A DNA stretch of 56,848 nucleotides. Origin: Cyanophora paradoxa CCMP329 (Eukaryota; Plantae; Glaucophyta). Made by a program: the position numbers and the translations under genes. The DNA lies in contig QPMI01000316.1 in assembly GCA_004431415.1 (NCBI GenBank), positions 1 to 56,848 on the forward strand, in the 5' to 3' direction. Positions 12,110-21,035 of the stretch are shown here, one piece after another. A model generated the notes under the pieces. It did not search any database and was not told the origin of the DNA. It worked only from the letters and a program-made list of their open reading frames with translations. The stretch's first letter is position 1. Every line of letters starts with the position of its first letter.

Positions 12110-14403
12110 ATGAAGGTAAATCGACACGCGACTCTTTCTTTGCCCAACGAGAGACCGATCTGATCGATGCGCGCCGCAGTTCGGTAAGCTCCTCGAGAGC
12201 TCCCTGGCAAACAGGTGCTACCGCGAGCACTGCCTCGACTACAAGCGTGCGCCATGTTTCCTTAGCTAGTTCACATTTGGATGCAGTGCTGAAGCAGTGA
12301 CCGCAGAATTGAAGAAGCACATCAAAGACATCGGATGCGGGGTCTCGCACGACGCGAGTGGCGTCTTCTGCAGATGTCTTGAAGCTCAGCTAGAGGTCGT
12401 TAACGGTACGGCATCACTGCACGCGCTGGGAGTGTGAGAAGCGACTGAATCTTTTCTGAATCCTACGTAGACCACTACTTCTCGCGCGAGGAGGACGCCG
12501 TCATTCGCTTGAAGATGCTCGAGGACGAAGTGCAGCGTCTGGTACATTTCTTTCTTGACCACATGCTTCACGCTTGACGCTTGGCGCTGACCGTCCTTTC
12601 TGTGCAGAACTCTGGGAAGAACGTGGACGTTGCGGCTTTGAGGAAATCGCTTGTTGACTTTCACGGGGAGCTCGTGAGTCTCGAGGAGTATGCTGCGCTG
12701 AATTTCACTGGATTGCTCAAGATCATGAAGAAGGTTTGTTCTTGTTCCTCCAGGGGCACCTCCTGCCGCGTTATCTTACTTGTGTATCGCGTCCAGTACA
12801 TGAAGAAGATTGGACATAACCAGTCCCCAACCAATGTACAGCAGCGGTATGCTCTTTGAAGCGCGGGGGATACCTCTTCGAGTCGCTCTGACGTCGGCGC
12901 TCAGCTTCCTGGAGCAGCCGTTTTACACGAACACCACGCTTCCCCAGATGATCTCTAAAATTCATTCATATTTCCACATGCTGGATTTGCATCCGGCCCC
13001 GCCATCGTGCCCCCTCACGGATGCGGCCGCTGCCGGCCCTGCCCCCACACAAAGCGAGGGTAAGATGGCTTCGCGCGCTTTTTTTTGTGCACCGCAGAGC
13101 AGTGCGGCAGGCGGGGAGAGCGCGTCGACGGAGGGGCGCTTCTCGCTGGACGACCTGGTCGGGGCGGCCGAGTTCGTTGGCCTGAGCTCCTCCAAGTGCT
13201 TCCGGAACGTGCGGCTGCTGCAGCTGCTGCTCGAGAAGATCAACGCGGCGGACGTGCTCCGCCTGATCGCCCAGGCCGACGCCAACGACGCCGCCGCCTC
13301 CCACTCGGCGCCCGCCCCCGACGCCGCCTCGCGCATCCGCATCACGCATCTCGCACGCACCCCGGGCCTTGCCCTCGTGCGTGTCGAGTCGCCCATTGCG
13401 ACCAGGTCGGTGTCTTGTGACGAATCGCCGCAGAGCGTCTGGGAGTTACCGCCGAAGGGCACGCTCCCCCTGCACGACCGCGGCGACACCATCGCTGTCA
13501 CGCGCGTGCTGCGCGGCTCCTGCAAGTGCGCTTCTGTCCCCTCGATCGCTGGCGGCCCGCGCTGACCCGGGCCCCTCGCCCAGGCTGCTCTCCTACGACT
13601 GGGAGCAGGCGCAGGCCAGCGGCTCCTCCGAGGAGGAGGCGGCCGATAACGCGTCGGCAGGGCTCGCCGGCCCCTCCATGTGCCCCGCCGCAAAGCGCCA
13701 GCGCCTCGAGAGCACTGCAGAGAGCTCGAGCGGCGACGGCGCCTGCGCCGTCCCCTGCGCGGCCGGTGCGCTTGCGGCTTCGCGTCCCTCGCGCCGGCGT
13801 GCCTCGCCGACACGCTCCGCAGAGGGGCGGCTGGCGGCGCGCCAGTGCCACGCGCTGCTGACGCCCGAGCGGCCGTCGTGCGTCTCGTGGCCGACCAAGG
13901 GCGGCAACCTGCGCTCGCTGACGGCGTCGGGCGCCGGCGCGTGCACGGTGGTGGACCTGATCGTGCCGGTGCGGCGCGAGGGGGCCGGCCAGGGCGCCGC
14001 CGTCATCCACCGGCCCTTCACCCTCCTCGACTTCCACCTCCCCTGCTCCGACGCCGTCCGCCAGGAGCGCCCCCTCTCCGACGCCACCTCCCCCGCCGAG
14101 CCCGTCCCCGCCCTCTCCTCCCGCGCTTCCCCCACCAACGCCCGCCCCGCCGACCGCACCCTCGCCGGCGCCGGCGTCGCCCCGGGGGCCGCCGAGTCGC
14201 GCGAGCCGTGCGAGGCGCTGGGGCGGAGCCGCGTGCTGCTGCACCAGCGGGCCTGCCCGGCGGCGCTCGCGGCCTGCATCGTCGAGCGCTACGCGGAGGT
14301 CTTCCCCAGCGCCGCCCCCGAGCCCGAGCAGGCCGAGCAGGCCCAGCAGGCCGAAGAGCCCGCCGTCTCTGCCGCCGCCCCTGAACCAGCCCCCGCAGCG
14401 TAG
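12110..14403 (+). CDS. SPX domain fused to a degenerate PCO/ADO-family (thiol dioxygenase) cupin
   Basis: Spliced SPX part: MK|FGKLLE..CLDYK|QLKKHIK..LRKSLVDFHGELVSLEEYAALNFTGLLKIMKK|YMKK..FLEQPFY. The same open frame continues to LLEKINAADV..WELPPKGTLPLHDRGDTIAVTRVLRGSCK, then after an intron LLSYDW..WPTKGGNLRSLTA..CTVVDLIVP (PCO/ADO motifs). Confidence 0.82.
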
Positions 14404-14725
14404 ATTCCTAGCTAGCTCTTTTCACTTCCGATTTTCAAGCCGACTCTGTGTCGCACAACTTGGCTACCTTGGCAGCTGTCTGTGTCGGGCCGCCGGACTT
14501 CAAAATCTCCAAGGCTCGCAGCAGCCTACTTATTGTCGCCCGATGAGCTGCTTGTTAACAGCTAGATCAAATGCAGAGAATCCCCTGGGGGCATAAAACA
14601 AATGTATACACTGTAGTACACGTAGGACGCAAACAACGGTGCCGGAACTATGTCGAGTCAGTCGCCGTTCTTGGACGCTTGGGTTGCGGGCCATCGCCGG
14701 AGTCTGAAGGGACGGCACGCTGTCA

Positions 14726-15330
14726 TCAAGACGCTGTGAAGCGGAAGGACGCATGCGTCGGGCACCTTGGATCGCCTTCGCCATCCTGTCGACAGCGCTG
14801 GGACTAACTGCCCCATGCACCTGCGCCTAAAGTCAGCCGAGTGCTCAGCAGCGCCGCGGAACGGAGCCGAAAGCACCGCGCGGGCCATGTCGATCCACTC
14901 TAGTGCTCGCGGCGTCGGGTCCGACTCATTTGGCTCGATATCGTGGGTGTACCAGCTGATAGATGATAAGCGGGCGGCCACGCGCACGTCGCTGCGCTCT
15001 CTTTCAGTTCCCCACCCGCAAGCAAGGCGGCGGCGGCGGGAAGCACCTGCACGAGGCGGGCGCCTCGCTCTGCGAGCTTCCTTCGCTTCCTTCACTCCTC
15101 CTCACGTCGAGCAGCACGCCGGCGTACGAGCTGGGGAGTTGAAGCTGGCGGCCGCGAAGCTGGCGACCCCGGAACTCCGCGTCGATTATCCCCGAAGCGC
15201 CTTCGCCCTGCTCCAGCAGGAAAAACGTGCTGACGCTTGCCGGACCGTCGTGCTTTATGATGCAGGGCACACGGTGCGCCCGAACGCACGGAAGCGGGTC
15301 CGTGCCCCGCGAGATTTGGAGCTCGGCCAT
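14726..15330 (-). CDS. RNASEH2C: Ribonuclease H2 subunit C (3' end approximate)
   Basis: HRVPCIIKHDGPASVSTFF..AEFRGRQLRG..LPSSYAGVLL and WYTHDIEP..RALEWIDMARA|VH match the RNase H2C family pattern. Confidence 0.8.
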
Positions 15331-16189
15331 TCAAGATCTGGCAACTTTAACGCGCAGCTAGCTATATAAAGAGCTCGAGATCGTGGTGGGGCTGGCGCCG
15401 CGGCCTGGCACTGCGTTCAAAAAAACAACTCCCCGTCTCGGATCCGAACTCGGAAACCCAGCTCCGGGCCTTCCACCCCGAGATCAAATTAAATTAAACT
15501 TGCAAGTTGATATTGGCGCGCGCGCGCCGATATCGATCGCGAGTCGATCGGCGCGCGCATATGCATGCATATGCGCACGTGTTTTTTACGTATACGTACG
15601 TGCACCGCACGTGACTCATGATCAGTGACTAGCGGGGCCCGGCGCGCGCTGCAGCGCCGCGGCGCCGCGGCGCGCGCGCGCGCCCCGCCGGGCCGGCTGC
15701 ATGGCCGGGCCCCGGGCCGCGGCCCGGCGGGCCGCGCCCGCGCGCCGGCCGCGGGCGCCGGCGCCGGCCGCCGGACGGCGGCGCGCCTGGCACGGCCGCG
15801 GCCCGGTGGCGGGCGCGGCTCCGCGGCGCGAGCGCCGGCGCCCGGCCCCGGCTGGCCGCGGGGCCCGCGCGCGGGCCGCCGGGCGCCGGCCGCGGCTGGA
15901 CCCCCGGGCCCTTGTCGCACTACTTTAGGTACTGCCATCTTTGAAGCTGTGATCATGAATAAGAACTCGGAAGAACTTCGGAAGAAGTTTGCAATTGAAG
16001 CTCAAACTTTGAAAGCGCTTCAAATTCAATTCAATAAAAATGGTTGAGTTCATATAAAGATACCGTTCGCACATCAATTACAGGAGAAATACGAGGCTCT
16101 ACACCTAAGCCCTACAACTGAAACGCTGCTGAAAGGATCGAAAAAAACAGTGCGAATAAGATCCGGAGGCGACAAGTCGCCGAGTAGTC

Positions 16190-19100
16190 CTACTCGGGAA
16201 CAGGCCGCAGGCTGACTCCCCGCGCGGCCGGCTTGATCCGGATCTGGCCGGGCGCCGGGACGTCGATCGCAACGGCCCCTGCCGCGCCCGGCCTCGCGCC
16301 CGGCACAGCCTGCATAAGCACGGAAGGGCCCCCTGGCGCCAGCGTGCCTGGGTACCCCGGCATGTATCCGGCCGCCGCGTAGCCAGTGGCCTGGGGGTAC
16401 GCCTGCGGGTAGCCCGCGCCCGCCTGCGGGTAGCCCGTGCCGAAGCCGTTCATGCCGGGGTAACCGCCCGGGAGGCCCTGCTGCGTCTGCTGCACTCCGT
16501 AGGGGTACTGCATGTACGGGGCGCCGGGGTACGGGGGGGCGCCGGCGGAGTAGTGGGAGGCGGGGTCGGCGGGGAAGAGCTGCTGGGCGGCGGCGGCCGA
16601 GAGGTTCGGCATGGAGGCGCCGCCGCGGGCCATCTGGGGGCCGCCGGGGCCGGGGTCCGAGGGGGGCAGGGTCGGGTGCGACTGGGCGTGCCCCGCGGCG
16701 AGGGAGGCGGAGGAGGCGGAGGGGAGGATGGAGCCGGCCTTGGCGCTGGCGTAGCAGTCCTGCCCCGCCGCGTTCACGATCGTGTCGTCCGCCCCTGCGC
16801 CCGCCCCAGCTCGGACCGCCGGCGGGGGGTGCGCGGGGGGTGGGGCGGGGGCGGGGCGGCGGACCCTTGGAGATGAGGTACTGGGCGAGCTCCTGGTAGC
16901 TGAAGGCGAAGGCGTGGTGCAGCGCCGTGTTCCCCTGGAACTGCCCCGCAGCGTCAGCAGGGCCGGGAGGGGCTCGGGGGCGCGGCGGCGCACGTTCTGC
17001 GCGTTGATGTTCGCGCCGCGGCGGAGGAGCAGCTTCGCGATGCGCTTGTTGTTGTTCTGCGCGCCGCTCGAGGGGCGCTCGGGGCGGGGCGGGGCGGGGG
17101 GGGGGGGGGGCGGGGGCGGGCCTGGACGGCGACGATGAGGGGCGTGTTGCCGCGCTTGTCGCGGGCCTCGAGGGGCGTGCCGGCGTCCAGCAGCGCCTCG
17201 ACCTCGTGGTACTTCCGGTGCCGGATCCGGTTGAACACGTCCCGCCGGCCCCCGACCGAGCTCAGCGTCCCGAACGACCGCTCCGAGCCGGCTCCCAGGT
17301 CCTCGCTGCCCGCCCCGCCCCCGTCGCGCCCCGCGCCACGCGCCGCGCCGGCCGCGGGGCGGGGCGGGGGCGGACCTCATGGAGTGGGAGAGGCCGTGGC
17401 GCGGCTGCCGCGGCGTCGCCTCCGAGAAGACCGACGGCGTGGCGTCCGAGATCCACGAGGAGACCGACATCCGCCGCTGCCGCGCTCTCAGCGCCCGCCC
17501 CCTCCCCGCCCCGCCCCGCCCCGCCCCGCGGGCCCGCCCGGCGTACCTGCAGGTTCCCCTCGAACTGCGGCTCTGGGAACTGGCCCCCCGGGCCGCTCCC
17601 GCTCGGCGAGTTCGGCTGCCCATGTCGTCGCACCGCTGCCACCGGCCCCGGAGCCGCCGGCGCGCTCTGGTGCGCCGTGCCGTTCCCGTACGGGTGCGCC
17701 CCCGGTGCCGCCGCCGCTCCAGCGGGGGCCGGTGCCGGGGCGGGCGCCGAGGCGGGCTGCGGCGCGACGGCGGATGCGAGCTTCTGCGGGGGCGTGAGCA
17801 GAGGGCCAGAGCGGGGCGGGGCGGGCGGGGCGGGGCGGGGCGGGGCGGGGCGGGCCTGCTTTGCGAGGAAGGCCGCCACCTGGTCCTCCGCACGCTTCCG
17901 CGCCTCCTCGAGGGCCCATTCCCGCCGCTCCCGAGGCCCAGCACGCCGCCCCGCCCGAGCCGGCCGCCGCCGGCATCCCGGCGGCAGCGCCCAGGGCAGC
18001 GGAGGCCGGCGGAGAGAAGGCCTGCGGGGCGGGCCGCCCGGCAGCGTCCGGCAGCGGCTGCAGCTGCGGCGCTTGCGGGCTGGCCGCGAGGGAGGAGGAG
18101 GAGGAGGGGTGGGGGGCCCGCCGAGGGAGGCGGCGGCGGCGGCGTGGGCGGCGGCGTGGGGGAACTGGGCGCGGTGCTGGGCGAGGTACTGGGCGACCTT
18201 CTCCTGCGCGCGCCGGCGGGCCTCGGCCATGATCTCCTCCGCCGAGAGGCCCCGCGGCGTCGCCTGCGACGAGCCCCGCGCCCCGCCCCGCCCCGCCCCC
18301 GCCCCGCCGCCCCGCCTCCTCCCCGCCCCCGGGCCCCCCCGTCGCCCCGCCCGCCTCGCGGGGGGATACGTAGCTCCCTCCAGCCGAGCTCGCGGGCGGC
18401 GGCGCAGGTGGCTCCACAGCGCTTTCCTCGGCCCGCGCGCCGGATCGACGCGGGGAAAGAGCCGTCTGCGGTGCCGATGGCGGCTCCGCAGTGGAGGAAG
18501 CTTGCGGGGAGAGCGTGGGGACTGGAGGAGGCGTCGCGCCGGGAGGCGCTGCCGTCGGGTGGTGTGGCCGCTCCGGGGGGGCGGACTCCAGCGGGGCCCG
18601 AAGAGCGGGCTGTTCTGCGGCTGCCTGCGCGGCAGGCTGCGGCGCTGATGCTCCCTGTGGAGCCGGCTGCCGGGGGGCGGCCGCGTGCGGGGCGGGCTGT
18701 TGGGGGGGCGCGGCGTGGGGGGCGGGCTTCGGAAGGGCAGCGGCACGAGGGGCCGGCTGTTGAGGAGGTGCCACATGCGGGGCGGGCTGCGGAGGGGCGG
18801 CTGCCTGGGAAACGGGCTGTGGATGGGGTGCTGCATGTTGCGTGGGCTGAGATGGGGCCGCCCCATGTCGGGCGGGGTGCGTTGCGGCCTCCGAATGCGG
18901 AGCGGGCTGCGGAGCGGGTGGCGGAGGCAGAGCGGGCTCCGGTGCGGGGGCCGGCTGGGGAGCGGGCTGGGGCGGGGCGGCTGCTTGAGGGCCGGGCTGC
19001 GGCGGCGCCTGCGCGCCTCGGTGGCCGGCCTGCTGGCGGAGCCAGTGCTGAAGGGGGTCGGCTGCCTCCGCGGCGGGGGCGGCGGGGGCGGCCTTTGGCG

Positions 19101-20851
19101 GCGTCCGGCTCCCTCGCGCCTCTTCCCGGGCGCTCCTGAAGCCATCGCGCTCGCTGTGGGAGGGGGCCGGCTGCGGGTGGGCCTGGGGGATGCGCTGCTG
19201 CCGCTCGCGCGCCTCCCGCGCGGACTCGCCGCCCGTCCCGTGCCCTGCGATCGGCGGCAGCTCCGTCTTCGGCTCCCACGGCGCCGCGTCCGGCCACGCC
19301 CGCTGCTGCTGCTGCTGCTGGGGCGGCCCCTGCGATGGCCCTGCCCCACGGTTGGGCCGCGCGTCCGGTGCGGCGGCCTCCCCCCGGGCAAGCGCTGCTG
19401 CGCGCTCCCGCGGGGTGCTGTTGGACGCGTTGCGCGCGGCGCCGTGGCCGCGGAAGAGGCGGCTCCCGCCGGGGGAGACGGAGGAGGAGGGCTCGCCGGC
19501 GGCGTCGAAGGAGCGGTTCGAGGGGAGGGCCCCGCGGGAGAGCGGGCGCCCCAGGACCCCCGCCGCCGCCGCGTCTCCGCTCTCCTGCCCTCGCGTCCGG
19601 GGCCGCGGCGCTGGGCCCGGCACGGCGGGGAGGAAGGCGTTGGGCGGGGCGGGGGGCTTGGTCGGGGGCTGGGGGGCGGGGGGGACTGGGTACGGGCGGG
19701 AGGAGAGCCCGAGGGAGGCGGAGGCGGCGGCGCGGGCCATCGTCGAGTTGGATCCGAAGGAGGCGGGGACGGCGGCGCGCACCGACTGCCCCGGCGCCGA
19801 CTGCGACATCAGCGCCCCGCGCACCGCCTGCCCCAGCCGCCCCTTCGTCGCCCTCGCCGAAACGATCTGCGGCGCGCTGCAGCTGAGCGCCGGAGAGCCA
19901 GAAGCGCTCAAGGCGCAGCGGGACCTTCTTATTCTCATCGACGTTGGTCTCGATCTGAGCTTGCAGGCCTGGATCTAGCTTCGTTCCTGCAAGCCCGACT
20001 TCAACTATTCCGGCGTTCTGGAGCAGCATCCTCAAAATAGCGAGGCCGGCGCTCCTCGAGAGTGGGTTGGCACTGAGGTCGACGCGCATCGCTGTCGGGT
20101 GCCTCGCCAGCAGTTCACCTGGCCCGAGCCGTGAGTGGGGGCGGGGCAAAGGGCGCACTTCTAGGGCTCGCTCACAAATCGCCTGCACGCCCACATCGCG
20201 AAGCCCGTTGCTGGCAAAGCTGACGGAGGCGAAGGCCTGGTCGAGCTTGAGCGCTTCAACGACCGCCGAGGCGCCGCGGTCCCCGAGATTCAAGCCGCTG
20301 AAATCGTACGCTTGATATCGTGCGATGCGACCCCCTTCGGGTGCGAGCTGCATGCGAAATAAGCGCGACAGTCGGAGCCTCCGAAGAGCGCATTGGGCGG
20401 CGAGGAGCGATAGCTGCCAGAAGGGGACATGGTCTAATGGGGCTAGAAGTGAAGCACACAGCCTGCAGGCGGCCTTGCGGAGGGTTGCGGGGAGGACCGG
20501 GGATGCGCATAGGGGGGTTTGGAGGACTTCGGAACTGGTCAGCACACGTAACGAGAGGCCTCCGGCGATAACTCCGGCGCGGTGGCGCAACCGGTTGCAG
20601 CGGAAGCGCGCGAACGCAGTTGGGCGCACCCTTACAGCGACGGACGAGAGATAGTCTGCGCCGAGATCTCTTGCAGCCCTCTCGTACACAGAAACCTGGC
20701 TGTCGCTGCTGGGCGGGGTGCGCTGTGCCGGCTGCTGCGCATCGGGCATGCGGGGGCTGCGTCCGTTGAAGCTGGAAGGCTTCTTCTTACTAAGGTCGCC
20801 CGCGTTCTCGCTGCTCCTGCTGTTCCGGCGCGAGGAATCCCGCGCCTTCAT
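16190..20851 (-). CDS. Large protein: N-terminal RNI-like LRRs, Pro/Ala/Gln-rich linker, C-terminal ankyrin repeats, Gly/Tyr/Pro tail (multi-exon)
   Basis: LRR-like DFSGLNLGDRGASAVVEAL, SFASNGLRDVGVQAI and VDLSANPLSRSAGLAI. Ankyrin EARDKRGNTPLIVAVQ|NNNKRIAKLLLRRGANINAQN|FQGNTALHHAFAFSYQELAQYLISK|GADDTIVN. Single-gene status is inferred. Confidence 0.72.
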   Translation of the reverse strand: MKARDSSRRNSRSSENAGDLSKKKPSSFNGRSPRMPDAQQPAQRTPPSSDSQVSVYERAARDLGADYLSSVAVRVRPTAFARFRCNRLRHRAGVIAGGLSLRVLTSSEVLQTPLCASPVLPATLRKAACRLCASLLAPLDHVPFWQLSLLAAQCALRRLRLSRLFRMQLAPEGGRIARYQAYDFSGLNLGDRGASAVVEALKLDQAFASVSFASNGLRDVGVQAICERALEVRPLPRPHSRLGPGELLARHPTAMRVDLSANPLSRSAGLAILRMLLQNAGIVEVGLAGTKLDPGLQAQIETNVDENKKVPLRLERFWLSGAQLQRAADRFGEGDEGAAGAGGARGADVAVGAGAVGARRRPRLLRIQLDDGPRRRLRLPRALLPPVPSPPRPPAPDQAPRPAQRLPPRRAGPSAAAPDARAGERRRGGGGGPGAPALPRGPPLEPLLRRRRRALLLRLPRREPPLPRPRRRAQRVQQHPAGARSSACPGGGRRTGRAAQPWGRAIAGAAPAAAAAAGVAGRGAVGAEDGAAADRRARDGRRVRAGGARAAAAHPPGPPAAGPLPQRARWLQERPGRGAREPDAAKGRPRRPRRGGSRPPSALAPPAGRPPRRAGAAAARPSSSRPAPARSPAGPRTGARSASATRSAARSAFGGRNAPRPTWGGPISAHATCSTPSTARFPGSRPSAARPACGTSSTAGPSCRCPSEARPPRRAPPTARPARGRPPAAGSTGSISAAACRAGSRRTARSSGPAGVRPPGAATPPDGSASRRDASSSPHALPASFLHCGAAIGTADGSFPASIRRAGRGKRCGATCAAARELGWRELRIPPRGGRGDGGARGRGGGGAAGRGRGGAGRGARRRRRRGASRRRRSWPRPAGARRRRSPSTSPSTAPSSPTPPPTPPPPPPSAGPPPLLLLLPRGQPASAAAAAAAGRCRAARPAGLLSAGLRCPGRCRRDAGGGRLGRGGVLGLGSGGNGPSRRRGSVRRTRWRPSSQSRPAPPRPAPPRPPRPALALCSRPRRSSHPPSRRSPPRRPPRHRPPLERRRHRGRTRTGTARRTRARRRLRGRWQRCDDMGSRTRRAGAARGASSQSRSSRGTCRYAGRARGAGRGGAGRGRALRARQRRMSVSSWISDATPSVFSEATPRQPRHGLSHSMRSAPAPPRGRRGAWRGARRGRGGQRGPGSRLGAVVRDAELGRGPAGRVQPDPAPEVPRGRGAAGRRHAPRGPRQARQHAPHRRRPGPPPPPPPPAPPRPERPSSGAQNNNKRIAKLLLRRGANINAQNVRRRAPEPLPALLTLRGSSRGTRRCTTPSPSATRSSPSTSSPRVRRPAPAPPPAHPPPAVRAGAGAGADDTIVNAAGQDCYASAKAGSILPSASSASLAAGHAQSHPTLPPSDPGPGGPQMARGGASMPNLSAAAAQQLFPADPASHYSAGAPPYPGAPYMQYPYGVQQTQQGLPGGYPGMNGFGTGYPQAGAGYPQAYPQATGYAAAGYMPGYPGTLAPGGPSVLMQAVPGARPGAAGAVAIDVPAPGQIRIKPAARGVSLRPVPE

Positions 20852-21035
20852 GGACGCCTATCGCCCGCGCGGGTCAGGATCATCCGGCCAGTCCAGGCGG
20901 CATCGAAGCCAGCGTCCGATGCGACCGGGCCGGATGGGGCGCGGGCCAAGTCAAGGTTTTTTTAGGACCGGGAAGAAGCGAAGCGAGGGTATAGGTAAAG
21001 AGGCGGTAGCGGCGGCCAGACGGGGAACTGGAAGG

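Noticed and set aside
11600-12110. P1BS (GNATATNC) site upstream of the SPX gene
   Set aside because: None found by eye. The GCATATGC matches at ~15558-15575, ~50639 and ~51065 are parts of larger palindromes away from Pi genes.
16190-20851. 1553-aa single-exon ORF
   Set aside because: Read-through of GC-rich introns lacking stops. The conserved ankyrin motifs are split among frames, so splicing is required.
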